Source: Paeniglutamicibacter terrestris
GTDB lineage: Bacteria > Actinomycetota > Actinomycetes > Actinomycetales > Micrococcaceae
Reading direction: 5' to 3'
DNA length: 32,000 nt
Assembly: GCF_012271785.1 (NCBI RefSeq)
Contig: NZ_JAAWVT010000012.1
Span: 9,843 to 41,842 of the forward strand
Part shown: positions 1 through 8,588 of the stretch, piece by piece
Layout of the letters: each line of letters begins with the position of its first letter
Position numbering within the stretch: position 1 is the first letter of the stretch
Made by a program: the position numbers and the translations under genes
The notes under the pieces: generated by a model
Database searches by the model: none
What the model was told of the DNA's origin: nothing
Seen by the model: only the letters and a program-made list of their open reading frames with translations

Positions 1-2
1 GA

Positions 3-197
3 GTAAAAGCCTTCAAATACTCCGACGATGAGACCGATATGTGGTTCGCTGCCGAGGGTGAACCCTTCCTCCTAAAGATGTCTAGCGACGGAACGGCCGG
101 AGACGACGCGGGAACCATGACCTTTAGCGATTGGAATGCAGTACCACTGCATGCCGCCCCGGATTCTTCGGAAACGGTGACGATCCCCGGACTCTAG
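3..197 (+). CDS. C-terminal fragment of a hypothetical protein (5' end lies outside the window)
   Basis: Frame 3 is open from the window edge to TAG at 195-197 (...GTMTFSDWNAVPLHAAPDSSETVTIPGL*). A 13-bp-stem hairpin follows at 216-257. It is absent from the ORF track because it has no in-window start. It competes with minus ORF 72-266, which I treat as a shadow frame. Confidence 0.4.
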   Translation, partial: VKAFKYSDDETDMWFAAEGEPFLLKMSSDGTAGDDAGTMTFSDWNAVPLHAAPDSSETVTIPGL

Positions 198-215
198 GCC
201 GAAGCGTTCCATCAG

Positions 216-257
216 GGCTGTGACGGCACGTTCGCTTGCGAAGCTGCCGTCACAGCC
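216..257 (+). terminator. Hairpin (GGCTGTGACGGCA / TGCCGTCACAGCC, 13-bp perfect stem, 16-nt loop), candidate terminator between convergent genes
   Basis: Perfect inverted repeat read directly at 216-228 and 245-257. It lies 19 nt after the TAG at 195-197. No clear U-tract. Confidence 0.4.
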
Positions 258-327
258 GAAAATCACCGGGCCGTCTCCGAACAGCTTTCATAAAATACCC
301 CGACGAGATGTGCCGCTCGCGGGATAA

Positions 328-621
328 CTAGGCGCGGCGATCTCCTCGCAGCTGATTGATGAATTGCGAGACAGGGGCCAAGCCCTCCACCACCGTCTCA
401 AAAACTGTCTCCCGACCGGTTCGGTTTCGCTTGACCAAGCCCGCCTCCAAAAGGATTCGCAGATGCTTGGCTACCGCTTGGCGGCTGATCCCCAGTGGAA
501 CACTCAATCGTGAAGCACTGGAGGCGCTTTCACCTAGGAGATTAAGCAGCCGAATTCGGGTGGGGTCCGCAAGTGCGGCAAAGACCTGCCGCGTCGCCTC
601 GGGAACCGACCAAGAACTCAT
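328..621 (-). CDS. ArsR/SmtB-family winged-helix transcriptional regulator
   Basis: 97 aa. LADPTRIRLLNLL...SRLSVPLGISRQAVAKHLRILLEAGLV is the typical ArsR HTH. Its ATG overlaps the upstream stop (ATGA at 618-621). Confidence 0.85.
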   Translation of the reverse strand: MSSWSVPEATRQVFAALADPTRIRLLNLLGESASSASRLSVPLGISRQAVAKHLRILLEAGLVKRNRTGRETVFETVVEGLAPVSQFINQLRGDRRA

Positions 622-1058
622 GAATCGCTCAAATATCTCTGTGCTGCAAGCATCTCTGCCGCCCAGCCCCGGGCATTAGCTCCGATGACGCGGTCGTACT
701 CCTCATCACCAAACGCGGTAAAACCACTTTCCATCACCCGTAGTCGGACGTCGCCGGAGTGGGTGGTTTCGACCCAAAACTCAATCAGGGTATTCGGGAC
801 CGGGTCGTCCCATTCGTCCCCGCCCAATGAGCGGAACGCTGCATACCCAGGTTCCTCCAGCCGAACAGTTTCAAATTCAAACGTCCCGTAAATGGCGTCG
901 TGCACGGTGGAAAACGCCCCCCGCTGCTCAATGCGGTGCTCGGTAATGACGCCACCATTGATAAACCATCCGGGTTCGCTGACAAGCTTCCACACCGATG
1001 CCGCGGTGGAGTGAATGTCGATGGACGCCTCAATAGCATCTTGGCGTTTAGTGTCCAT
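618..1058 (-). CDS. SRPBCC (Aha1/START-like) domain protein, co-operonic with ArsR
   Basis: The ORF track gives 618-1079. I prefer the ATG at 1058 (MDTKRQDAIEASIDIHS...) because GAGGGGGA sits 4 nt upstream. ASIDIHSTAASVWKLVSEPGWF is a typical SRPBCC N-terminus, and ArsR-SRPBCC pairing is common. Confidence 0.75.
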   Translation of the reverse strand: MDTKRQDAIEASIDIHSTAASVWKLVSEPGWFINGGVITEHRIEQRGAFSTVHDAIYGTFEFETVRLEEPGYAAFRSLGGDEWDDPVPNTLIEFWVETTHSGDVRLRVMESGFTAFGDEEYDRVIGANARGWAAEMLAAQRYLSDS

Positions 1059-1079
1059 CAGATCCCCCTCAAACGGCAA

Positions 1080-1113
1080 AGCCCCTATGCAACATCATGG
1101 TTGCATAGGGGCT
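1080..1113 (-). terminator. Perfect 14-bp-stem hairpin (AGCCCCTATGCAAC-6 nt-GTTGCATAGGGGCT); terminator of the small membrane-protein gene and/or ArsR operator
   Basis: The inverted repeat was read directly. On the minus strand it starts 15 nt after the stop at 1129-1131 and is followed by TTGCCGTTT, then the SD and start of the SRPBCC gene. Confidence 0.45.
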
Positions 1114-1128
1114 GGAGCCACACAAGAC

Positions 1129-1308
1129 TTACCGACCGGTAGCTGCGAGTGCTTCCCGCGCCTCCGCGTGGGCGTTGAATCCGGACGTCACGGTAGAGAT
1201 CGCATTCAGCGCGCCGAGGACACCGACGATGATGGCCACGGCGATGAGTAGCAAGAGAAGAACAAGCACAATGGAGCCCACGACAACCGCTATCTTGGAA
1301 GTTGCCAT
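1129..1308 (-). CDS. Small single-pass membrane protein (hypothetical)
   Basis: The ORF track gives 1129-1326. The second ATG at 1308 is preceded by GGAGGGGG. The product MATSKIAVVVGSIVLVLLLLLIAVAIIVGVLGAL... has one strongly hydrophobic helix. It lies directly downstream of argR on the same strand. Confidence 0.5.
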   Translation of the reverse strand: MATSKIAVVVGSIVLVLLLLLIAVAIIVGVLGALNAISTVTSGFNAHAEAREALAATGR

Positions 1309-1355
1309 CGGCCCCCTCCGTTTCATCGGGTCAACTACTCGTCGTTTCGACTCTT

Positions 1356-1871
1356 TTACTGCGGGTCCGCCAACGCCAGGAAGCGGGCCGCGACATCGGC
1401 ACCGCCATCCACATCTCGGGTCACCAACATGACCGTGTCGTCTCCTGCGATGCAGCCCAAAATCTGCGGCATGGTCGAGTGGTCAATAGACAATGCCAGG
1501 AAGCTCGCTGCGCCCGGTGGGGTGCGAAGCACCACAATGTTTCCCGAGGCCTCGGCGGTAATCAACAGTTCCGCACATTGCTTGGCCAGCTTGGCATCAT
1601 GCACTTCTTGAGTGACGCCTGCCTGTGGGCTGCGATCTCCACCTTCCTGACGGACGGCATATACCAAACCGCCATCGACACCGCGAACCCGCACCGCACC
1701 CAGTTCCACGAGGTCGCGCGAGAGCGTCGCCTGAGTGACGGCCATTCCCTCATCGGCCAACAAGGCCACCAATTCGGCCTGTGAACGAACGGTTTTGGTC
1801 GATAAAATGGCGCTCACCCGAGCTTGGCGGGCGATCTTGGTGGTGGGCTGGAACGATGCGGGGGTGCTCAT
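1356..1871 (-). CDS. argR: Arginine repressor ArgR
   Basis: 171 aa. The N-terminal winged helix (KIARQARVSAILSTKTVRSQAELVALLADEGMAVTQATLSRDLVELGAVRV) and a C-terminal oligomerisation/Arg-binding domain (GCIAGDDTVMLV) are present. ATGA overlap with the argF stop at 1868-1871. Confidence 0.92.
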   Translation of the reverse strand: MSTPASFQPTTKIARQARVSAILSTKTVRSQAELVALLADEGMAVTQATLSRDLVELGAVRVRGVDGGLVYAVRQEGGDRSPQAGVTQEVHDAKLAKQCAELLITAEASGNIVVLRTPPGAASFLALSIDHSTMPQILGCIAGDDTVMLVTRDVDGGADVAARFLALADPQ

Positions 1872-2836
1872 CGCTTGGCGCTTACTCCGGCGACCTCGGC
1901 CAGGTTTGACTTGGCCATCAGCCAGCCCATGATCGCCTTCTGCGCATGAACTCGGTTTTCGGCCTCATCAAAAACGACCGACTGTGGGCCGTCGATGACG
2001 TCCGCGGAGATTTCATAACCGCGGTACGCCGGGAGGCAATGCAGAACTACTGCGTCCTTATCGGCGTGGGCCATTGCAGCGGAATCAACAGCGTACTCAC
2101 GGAACAGTTCCATGCGTTGCGCCTTCTCATCTTCCTGCCCCATGGACACCCAGGTGTCGGTGGCCACGACGTCGGCACCCGCTAGCGCTTCTGCCGCATC
2201 GGTGGTGATGAGCACCGAACCGCCGGTTTCTGCCGCACGCTCCTGAGCTGCAGCGATAATCTCGGCGCTGGGCAGGTATCCGGCGGGGCCGGCGATACGT
2301 ACGTGCATACCAGCGGTGACGCCGGCCAGCAGGTACGAGTTGGCCATATTGTTGGCCGAGTCACCCAGGTAGGCCATGGACAGGCCGTCAAGCGCACCCT
2401 TGTGCTCGCGCACGGTGAGCAAATCCGCCAGCAACTGGCAGGGGTGGTAATCATCGGAAAGCGCGTTAATGACCGGGACACTGGAGTTCTCGGCCATTTC
2501 TTCGAGCCCCGACTGTGCGTAGGTACGCCACACGATGGTGGAGACCATCCGCTCAAGAACCTTTGCGGTGTCGGCGATCGATTCCTTGTGGCCCAGCTGG
2601 GATTCACCGGAGTTGACGATCAGCGGGGACCCACCAAGTTCGGCAATACCAGCGGCGAAGGACACCCGGGTCCGCGTGGAGGTCTTATCGAAGAAGACAA
2701 CGACCGTCTGCGGACCGGCATACGGCTTGTATCCGTATTTGTCTTTTTTCATGGCCAGGGCCAGATCAAGGACCTCGGTCTGTTCGGCCTGCGTGAGGTC
2801 GAGGTCGGTCAGGAAGTGGCGAACTGAATTGCTCAT
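1868..2836 (-). CDS. argF: Ornithine carbamoyltransferase
   Basis: STRTR carbamoyl-phosphate motif, HPCQ and HCLP motifs. The track ORF extends to 2872 and would overlap argD. The ATG at 2836 (MSNSVRHFLT...) has AAGGAA upstream and leaves a 13-nt gap after the argD stop. Confidence 0.93.
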   Translation of the reverse strand: MSNSVRHFLTDLDLTQAEQTEVLDLALAMKKDKYGYKPYAGPQTVVVFFDKTSTRTRVSFAAGIAELGGSPLIVNSGESQLGHKESIADTAKVLERMVSTIVWRTYAQSGLEEMAENSSVPVINALSDDYHPCQLLADLLTVREHKGALDGLSMAYLGDSANNMANSYLLAGVTAGMHVRIAGPAGYLPSAEIIAAAQERAAETGGSVLITTDAAEALAGADVVATDTWVSMGQEDEKAQRMELFREYAVDSAAMAHADKDAVVLHCLPAYRGYEISADVIDGPQSVVFDEAENRVHAQKAIMGWLMAKSNLAEVAGVSAKR

Positions 2837-2849
2837 GGTGCGATGTTTC

Positions 2850-4094
2850 CTATTCCTTGGTATCGGCAACAACGCCGGCGTAGAGCGCCGGCAGGGCTGC
2901 GACGAAGGTGTCGAGTTGTTCGGTGGTGACGATCAGTGGCGGTGCAAGGCGCAGCGTATGCGGGCCCGGCGCGTTGATGATGAACCCGGCATCCAGTGCC
3001 GCGTTGACCACGGTGGGGGCCACTGCCTGTTCCAAGTCCAAACCGATCAGCAGACCGCGTCCACGAACGTCGGTGACGAAGTCGAGGGCCGCGAGTTTGC
3101 TGCGCAGATCCGCACCGACGGTTTCGACGTGGGCCAGCACGTTTTGGGACTCAATCACGTGCAAAGTGGCCAGCGAGGCCGCGGTGGCCACCGGGTTCCC
3201 GCCAAAGGTCGTTCCGTGTTGGCCGGGGGTCAACAGCGTGGTGGCGCGAGTCCCGAAGACGATCAACGCACCAATCGGGAATCCGCCGCCCAGACCCTTG
3301 GCCAGGGTCATGGCATCGGGAAGTACGCCGGCGGAGGCAAACCACTGCCCGGTGCGACCGATACCGGTCTGGACCTCGTCAAAGACCAGTAGGGCTCCGG
3401 CCTCTGCGGTGATCTCGCGAGCCGCCTGAAGGTAGCCGGGCGCAAATTCGATCACCCCGGCCTCGCCCTGGATCGGTTCGATAAATACCGCGGCGGTGGT
3501 CTCATCAACCGCCGCACGCAGCGCCTCGATGTCCCCGGCCGGAATCCATTCAACGCCACCGGGAAGCGGCTCGAAGGGTTCGCGGTAAGCCTGTTTCCAG
3601 GTCAGGGCCAAGGCACCCATGGTGCGGCCGTGGAAGGCATGCTCGAGCGCGATGATCTTTCTCCGCGGAACCTCCGGGGTACCGGCGTTGCGCCGCGCGA
3701 GCTTAAAGGCCGCTTCGTTCGCCTCGGTTCCGGAGTTGGTGAAGAAGACTTTGGAGCCCTCCGGGGCTTCACTCAGTGCCAGCAGTTTCTCGGCCAACGC
3801 GATCTGTGTGGGGCTGGTGAAGAAGTTGGAAATGTGGCCCAGCGTGGCCAGCTGGGAGGAGATCACGCTGGAGAGCAGCGGGTGGGCATGGCCCAAGGCG
3901 TTGACGGCAATGCCGGCGAGCAGATCAAGGTATTCCTTGCCGTCGGCATCCCATACGTGGCAGCCGGCCCCGCGAACCAGGACTCGCTGCGGGGTACCGA
4001 AAACACCCAGTAGTGAATGGTTGTAGCGGGCCAAAAGCTCACTGCCCTGCAGCGCGCCGAGCTCCCCGGTTTCCTGTTCAATAATCTGGTTCAT
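2850..4094 (-). CDS. argD: Acetylornithine aminotransferase (class III PLP aminotransferase)
   Basis: 414 aa. [19 protein letters not shown] and TLAKGLGGG (PLP-lysine region) motifs. ATGA overlap with the argB stop at 4091-4094. Confidence 0.93.
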   Translation of the reverse strand: MNQIIEQETGELGALQGSELLARYNHSLLGVFGTPQRVLVRGAGCHVWDADGKEYLDLLAGIAVNALGHAHPLLSSVISSQLATLGHISNFFTSPTQIALAEKLLALSEAPEGSKVFFTNSGTEANEAAFKLARRNAGTPEVPRRKIIALEHAFHGRTMGALALTWKQAYREPFEPLPGGVEWIPAGDIEALRAAVDETTAAVFIEPIQGEAGVIEFAPGYLQAAREITAEAGALLVFDEVQTGIGRTGQWFASAGVLPDAMTLAKGLGGGFPIGALIVFGTRATTLLTPGQHGTTFGGNPVATAASLATLHVIESQNVLAHVETVGADLRSKLAALDFVTDVRGRGLLIGLDLEQAVAPTVVNAALDAGFIINAPGPHTLRLAPPLIVTTEQLDTFVAALPALYAGVVADTKE

Positions 4095-5017
4095 GCCCGG
4101 TCCTTCGGAGTAACTTGGGTGCCCACGCCCGCGGAGGTGAAGACCTCGAGCAGCATGGAATGTGGTTGGCGTCCGTCGACGATGTGGGCCTGACCCACGC
4201 CCTCGTCCACGGCCTTGAGGCAGGCAGCCATCTTAGGGATCATGCCCGATTCGAGCCGCGGCATCAAGGCCCGCAATTCCTCGGTATCAAGAGAGGTGAT
4301 CAGCGAGGATTTATCGGGCCAGGCACCATAGAGACCTTCAACGTCGGTGAGGATGACCATCTTGGAGGCACCCAACGCGCTGGCCAGGGCCGCTGCTGCG
4401 GTGTCGGCGTTGACGTTGAGCACCTGACCGGTCGGGTTATCGTGTTCGTCGACCTCGGGGGCCACGGTGGAGATCACCGGGATCTTCCCCGCCGCCAGCA
4501 AGTCAAGAATCTGATCGGGCTTCACACCCGTCACCTCACCCACGAGTCCGAGGTCTACGTGTTGGCCGGCAATGTAGGTCCCGGTTCGCACGGCGCGCAG
4601 CAGCGCACCGTCTTCCCCGGAAAGCCCCACCGCGTAGGGTCCGTGCGAGTTGATCAAACCGATCAGCTCGCGCTGCACCTGTCCGGTGAGCACCATGCGC
4701 ACCACATCCATGGCCTCGGGCGTGGTGACGCGCAGTCCGCCTTTAAACTCGGAGGTGATGCCCAGCCGGGACAGCATGGAGTTGATCTGCGGACCGCCAC
4801 CGTGCACCACCACCGGGTTGATACCCACGTGGCGCAGGAAGACGATATCTTCGGCAAAGGCGCGGCGCAGATCCTCGTTGATCATGGCGTTGCCGCCGTA
4901 CTTGATGACCATGGTGGAGCCGGCAAAGCGCTGGATCCAGGGCAGTGCCTCGATCAGGGCTTCGGCCTTACGTTGCGCCACGTCCATGGGTGTTGGCGTG
5001 GGTTTCTTCTCAGACAT
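4091..5017 (-). CDS. argB: Acetylglutamate kinase
   Basis: [19 protein letters not shown] and NVNADTAA motifs. The track start at 5035 is a GTG. The ATG at 5017 (MSEKKPT...) has GAGGAA 10 nt upstream. Confidence 0.93.
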   Translation of the reverse strand: MSEKKPTPTPMDVAQRKAEALIEALPWIQRFAGSTMVIKYGGNAMINEDLRRAFAEDIVFLRHVGINPVVVHGGGPQINSMLSRLGITSEFKGGLRVTTPEAMDVVRMVLTGQVQRELIGLINSHGPYAVGLSGEDGALLRAVRTGTYIAGQHVDLGLVGEVTGVKPDQILDLLAAGKIPVISTVAPEVDEHDNPTGQVLNVNADTAAAALASALGASKMVILTDVEGLYGAWPDKSSLITSLDTEELRALMPRLESGMIPKMAACLKAVDEGVGQAHIVDGRQPHSMLLEVFTSAGVGTQVTPKDRA

Positions 5018-5059
5018 GCTCGGGGTGTTCCTCACTGAAACATTTGAGCCAAATGGGAG

Positions 5060-5104
5060 TGCCGGTGGGGGTCGCGGGTTCGAATCCCACTAGCCCATCC
5101 GGCA
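5060..5104. other. Imperfect long hairpin whose apex copies a tRNA T-arm (GCGGG-TTCGAAT-CCCAC), in the argJ-argB spacer
   Basis: TGCCGGTGGG (5060-5069) pairs with CCCA-T-CCGGCA (5094-5104). The inner stem-loop at 5074-5090 contains the GGTTCGAATCC T-loop consensus on the plus strand, which is antisense to the arg operon. Confidence 0.5.
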
Positions 5105-5114
5105 GCTGTGGCAC

Positions 5115-6293
5115 TTAGCTGCTGTAGGCCGAATTCTCGTGGACGTAGTCGTGGGTCAGGTCATTGGTCCAGAGGCTGGCTTCATCAATTCCCGCGTTCA
5201 GGTCAATTTCCACCAGAACGTTACGGCCCGTTAGATCCACCAGATTCCGGTCATCGCCCACGCCACCTAAGCGGCAGACCTGAATCCCGTTGATGCTCAC
5301 GTTGAGTTCATCGGGTTCGAAGGCGGCCTTGGTGGTGCCCACCGCGGAAAGTACCCGACCCCAGTTGGGGTCCTGGCCGAAGATCGCGGTCTTAAACAGG
5401 TTGGAACGCGCCACGGTCCGGGAGACCTCCACCGCGTCATCTTCCGTGGCGGCGTTAAAGGTGCGGATGGTGATTTCGTGGGCGGCGCCCTCGGCATCGG
5501 AGATCAGCGCCTGAGCCAATTCGACACAGACTCCCTTGAGACCGTCGGTGAATTCGGCGATGTCCGGAGTGGTTTCGCTCGCGCCGGAGGACATCAGGAT
5601 GACGGTGTCGTTGGTGGACATGCAACCATCGGAGTCCGCCCGGTCAAAGCTCACGCGGGTGGCTTCGCGCAGCGCTGCATCAAGCTGTGGCGCATCAAGG
5701 ACCGCATCGGTGGTGATGACCACGAGCATGGTGGCCAGCCCGGGGGCGAGCATGCCCGCGCCCTTGGCCATGGCACCAATGCTGTAGCCGGTGCCGGCGA
5801 ACCCGGCCTGCTTGCTCACGGTGTCGGTGGTCATGATGGCGGTCGCCGCCGCCGCTCCCCCGTCGAACTCATTGCCGGTGTCCAAGGCCGCTGCCGCGGC
5901 GTCAACGCCGGGCAGAATCTTGTCCATCGGCAGCTGCTCACCGATCAATCCGGTGGAGCAGACCAGTACGTCCCCGCTGCCAACACTCAAGACCGCGGCG
6001 ACGTGTTCGGCGGTTGCGTGGGTATTGGCAAAACCTTCGGGTCCGGTGCAGGCATTGGCGCCGCCGGAGTTCAGCACCACGGCGTCAGCGCGGCCATCTG
6101 AAATGGCTTGGCGGGACCAGTGCACCGGAGCCGCTGCTACGCGGTTGGAGGTGAATACCGCGGCTGCGTCAAAGCGTGGTCCGTTGTTTCGCACCAGGGC
6201 CAGATCGGGGTTGCCCGAGGCCTTGAGGCCAGCGGTGATGCCGGAGGCGCTGAATCCTGCCGGAAAAGTGATTCCCTTAGTGGTCGTGCTCAC
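5115..6293 (-). CDS. argJ: Bifunctional glutamate N-acetyltransferase / amino-acid acetyltransferase (ornithine acetyltransferase)
   Basis: 392 aa. The ATML autoprocessing region ([13 protein letters not shown]) and the C-terminal ...[10 protein letters not shown] are typical of ArgJ. The GTG start overlaps the argC stop (GTGA at 6290-6293). Confidence 0.93.
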   Translation of the reverse strand: MSTTTKGITFPAGFSASGITAGLKASGNPDLALVRNNGPRFDAAAVFTSNRVAAAPVHWSRQAISDGRADAVVLNSGGANACTGPEGFANTHATAEHVAAVLSVGSGDVLVCSTGLIGEQLPMDKILPGVDAAAAALDTGNEFDGGAAAATAIMTTDTVSKQAGFAGTGYSIGAMAKGAGMLAPGLATMLVVITTDAVLDAPQLDAALREATRVSFDRADSDGCMSTNDTVILMSSGASETTPDIAEFTDGLKGVCVELAQALISDAEGAAHEITIRTFNAATEDDAVEVSRTVARSNLFKTAIFGQDPNWGRVLSAVGTTKAAFEPDELNVSINGIQVCRLGGVGDDRNLVDLTGRNVLVEIDLNAGIDEASLWTNDLTHDYVHENSAYSS

Positions 6294-7321
6294 GGTGCTA
6301 CTCCTTCGTAGGCCAGCCCGGCGGTTTCGTTCAGGCCGAGGGCAATGTTCATGGATTGGACGGCGCCGCCGGCGGTGCCCTTGGTGAGGTTATCGATCAC
6401 GGAGGTGACGATCACCCGGTTGGTGTGGGCGTCATAGGCCAACTGAATTTGCGCGTGATTTGAACCCATGACCGAGGAGGTGGCGGGCCACTGGCCCTCG
6501 GGCAGCAGGTGCACAAAGGGTTCGTCACGGTAGGCTTTTTCCCAGGCCGCGCGCAGCATCACCGCATCTACACCTGGCTTAACCTTGGCCGTGGCGGTGG
6601 TCAGGATGCCGCGGGGCATGGGGGCCAGAGTCGGGGTGAAGGAAACGCGCACCGGGACACCCGCCGCGTTGGAGAAGCCCTGCTCCATTTCCGGGGTGTG
6701 GCGGTGACCTCCGCCGACACCATAGGGGTTCATCGAGCCCATGACCTCTGAGCCAATGAGATTTACCTTGGCGCTTTTGCCGGCGCCCGAGGTTCCCGAT
6801 GCGGCAACAATCACCACATCATCGGGTTCCAGGAGGTTTGCTGCGAAACCGGGGACAAGGGCCAGCTGGGCGCTGGTCGGGTAGCAGCCGGGCACGGCGA
6901 TGCGCTTGGCTCCGACGAGCTTGGCCCGGGCACCGGGTAATTCCGGCAATCCGTAGGGCCAGGTGCCGGCGTGGGAGGATCCGTAGAATTTTTCCCAGTC
7001 TTCGGCAGATTCCAGACGGTGGTCGGCACCCGCATCAATCACCAGGGTGCTTTCGGGCAGCTGAGCGGCAATTTCTGCGCTGGCTCCGTGCGGCAAGGCG
7101 AGGAAGACGACATCGTGGCCGCTAAGCTGCTCCACGGTGGTCTCCACCAGGATGCGGTCGGCCAACGAGTGTAGATGCGGGGCGAGTTCGCCCAGTCGCT
7201 GTCCGGCGTTGGAGTGAGCGGTGATCGCTCCGATGGTCACGTCTGGGTGGTTCGACAGCAAGCGCAAAACCTCGCCGCCGGCATACCCACTGGCTCCGGA
7301 TACAGCTACTGAAAACGTCAT
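6290..7321 (-). CDS. argC: N-acetyl-gamma-glutamyl-phosphate reductase
   Basis: 343 aa. N-terminal Rossmann motif [16 protein letters not shown] and catalytic-Cys region AVPGCYPT. First gene of the operon. Confidence 0.93.
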   Translation of the reverse strand: MTFSVAVSGASGYAGGEVLRLLSNHPDVTIGAITAHSNAGQRLGELAPHLHSLADRILVETTVEQLSGHDVVFLALPHGASAEIAAQLPESTLVIDAGADHRLESAEDWEKFYGSSHAGTWPYGLPELPGARAKLVGAKRIAVPGCYPTSAQLALVPGFAANLLEPDDVVIVAASGTSGAGKSAKVNLIGSEVMGSMNPYGVGGGHRHTPEMEQGFSNAAGVPVRVSFTPTLAPMPRGILTTATAKVKPGVDAVMLRAAWEKAYRDEPFVHLLPEGQWPATSSVMGSNHAQIQLAYDAHTNRVIVTSVIDNLTKGTAGGAVQSMNIALGLNETAGLAYEGVAP

Positions 7322-7334
7322 AAATCAATCCTAC

Positions 7335-7371
7335 TACGCATTTATGCATCCCGGCTAATAAATATTCACGC
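7335..7371 (-). promoter_or_regulatory. Two tandem ARG-box-like operators overlapping the probable argC promoter
   Basis: The minus strand reads CGTGAATATTTATTAGC-CGGG-ATGCATAAATGCGTAG. The distal box resembles TGAATAnnnATTCA, and the proximal box is an imperfect palindrome ATGCATAAATGCGT. The centres are about 20 bp apart and lie 14-50 nt upstream of the argC ATG (7321). An ATAAAT -10-like hexamer sits inside the proximal box. Confidence 0.55.
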
Positions 7372-7474
7372 GCAGTGACTTCTTCCGCAATACTTCCGCA
7401 CAGCTTCTGCGATCTTGAGAAGTCACACCGCTATGGTGGAAGCTGATCCAGAGGTCGACCAAGGAGTAAAACAC

Positions 7475-8443
7475 GTGAGTTCCCATGCAATTATTGCCCG
7501 TCAGGCCGGCGGACCGGAAGTATTCGACTATGTTGCCTCCACTCTCCCCTCCCCCAGAGCCGGACAGCTGCTGATCAAGGTCGCCGCCGTCGGCGTGAAC
7601 TTTATCGAAACGTATCAGCGCTCGGGCGTCTATCAGGTCAAGTACCCCTTCACCCCGGGCAGCGAATGCGCCGGAATCGTCGAAGCGGTAGGTGAAGGTG
7701 TCACGGATTTTGCCATTGGAGATCGGGTAGCCACCACCGAGGGCTCGAAAACCTATGCCACCCACACCCTGCTAGATGCCGATAAAGCTCTGCCCGTTCC
7801 CGAAAACGTGTCATTGGAAACCGCCGGGGCACTCCCGCTGCAGGGCATCACCGCCCACTACCTCATCAATTCCAGCTACAACGTGCAGCCCGGTGACACG
7901 GTACTCACCTACGCCGGAGCCGGAGGAGTCGGACTGCTCCTGATACAGCTGTTGAAGCTACGCGGTGCCACCGTGATCACCACGACCTCAACGCCGGAAA
8001 AGGCGGAACTGGCGCGCACCGCCGGAGCCGATCACGTATTGACCTATGACGAAGTAGCCACCCGGGTCCGCGAGATCACCGGCGGCCGGGGCGTGGACGT
8101 CGTCTACGACGGCATCGGCAAAGACACCTTTGACGGCTCCCTGGCTGCCCTGAAGATCCGCGGCACGTTGGTGCTCTTTGGCGGAGCCTCGGGCCAGGTC
8201 CCACCCTTTGATCTCCAGCGCCTGAACGCGCACGGATCGCTGAGCGTGACTCGCCCCAAAATTGCCGATTTCTTGCTTAATGCCGAAGAACGACGCTGGC
8301 GCTCCGGCGAGCTCTTTGAACTGGTCTCGAATGGCAAGCTTGATGTTCGTATTGGCGCAAAGTTCCCGTTGGCCGAGGCCGGAGCCGCCCACACCGCGCT
8401 CGAATCGCGCTCCACGACGGGAAAGACGATCCTCATTCCCTGA
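7475..8443 (+). CDS. qor: NADPH:quinone oxidoreductase (zeta-crystallin/MDR family)
   Basis: Collinear with E. coli Qor from memory (GVNFIETYQRSGVY, AGAGGVGLLLIQ, ITGGRGVDVVYDGIGKDT, GSLSVTRP, ...ALESRSTTGKTILIP). The track start is 7415. The GTG at 7475 follows AAGGAG (7461-7466). Confidence 0.85.
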   Translation: MSSHAIIARQAGGPEVFDYVASTLPSPRAGQLLIKVAAVGVNFIETYQRSGVYQVKYPFTPGSECAGIVEAVGEGVTDFAIGDRVATTEGSKTYATHTLLDADKALPVPENVSLETAGALPLQGITAHYLINSSYNVQPGDTVLTYAGAGGVGLLLIQLLKLRGATVITTTSTPEKAELARTAGADHVLTYDEVATRVREITGGRGVDVVYDGIGKDTFDGSLAALKIRGTLVLFGGASGQVPPFDLQRLNAHGSLSVTRPKIADFLLNAEERRWRSGELFELVSNGKLDVRIGAKFPLAEAGAAHTALESRSTTGKTILIP

Positions 8444-8465
8444 TCGATCATCGCTTTTCCCGAAA

Positions 8466-8511
8466 CCACGGGCCGCACTTCACCTTTCTGAGGCGAGAGT
8501 GCGGCCCGTGG
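8466..8511. terminator. Bidirectional terminator hairpin between convergent qor and the DUF1990 gene
   Basis: Perfect 14-bp inverted repeat CCACGGGCCGCACT (8466-8479) / AGTGCGGCCCGTGG (8498-8511). Confidence 0.6.
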
Positions 8512-8588
8512 CCGTTAAACAGTTGGCTGCTGTCCAGTCACGGCGACTCAATATCACCAAGGACCTTATGTTGAGTTTCTACGTGCAG

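Noticed and set aside
72-266. Minus-strand 64-aa ORF (MIFGCDGSFASERAV...)
   Set aside because: It overlaps the better plus-strand frame that runs in from the window edge (3-197). It contains the 216-257 hairpin within its 5' end, and its C-terminal half is Arg/Gly-rich and reads as nonsense. I treat it as a shadow frame, but without a homology search this is only moderately certain.
2837-2872. N-terminal extensions offered by the ORF track (argF to 2872; also permease 12812-12934, M1 peptidase 18785-18826, Ltp protein 22383-22493, qor 7415-7474, DUF1990 9063-9083, SRPBCC 1059-1079)
   Set aside because: In each case an internal start has a clear SD, or gives ATGA/TAATG coupling, or removes an overlap with the upstream gene. 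The extension also encodes atypical residues.
5060-5104. Possible tRNA gene in the argJ-argB spacer
   Set aside because: Only a T-arm-like stem-loop (with one C.A mismatch) and a crude acceptor-like stem are present. I could not fold D or anticodon arms. It is reported as a tRNA-like fragment or hairpin, not as a tRNA feature.
2303-6387. Long plus-strand ORFs opposite argF, argD, argB and argJ (for example 2535-3392, 4115-5038, 5478-6101, 5791-6387)
   Set aside because: These are typical antisense shadow ORFs of GC-rich coding DNA. The translations are Arg/Gly/His-rich with no recognisable motifs, whereas the minus-strand products are clear arg enzymes.
7355-7765. Minus-strand 136-aa ORF spanning the arg/qor intergenic region and the qor 5' end
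   Set aside because: It overlaps the ARG-box/promoter region and the well-supported qor gene. It has no SD and no recognisable domain.
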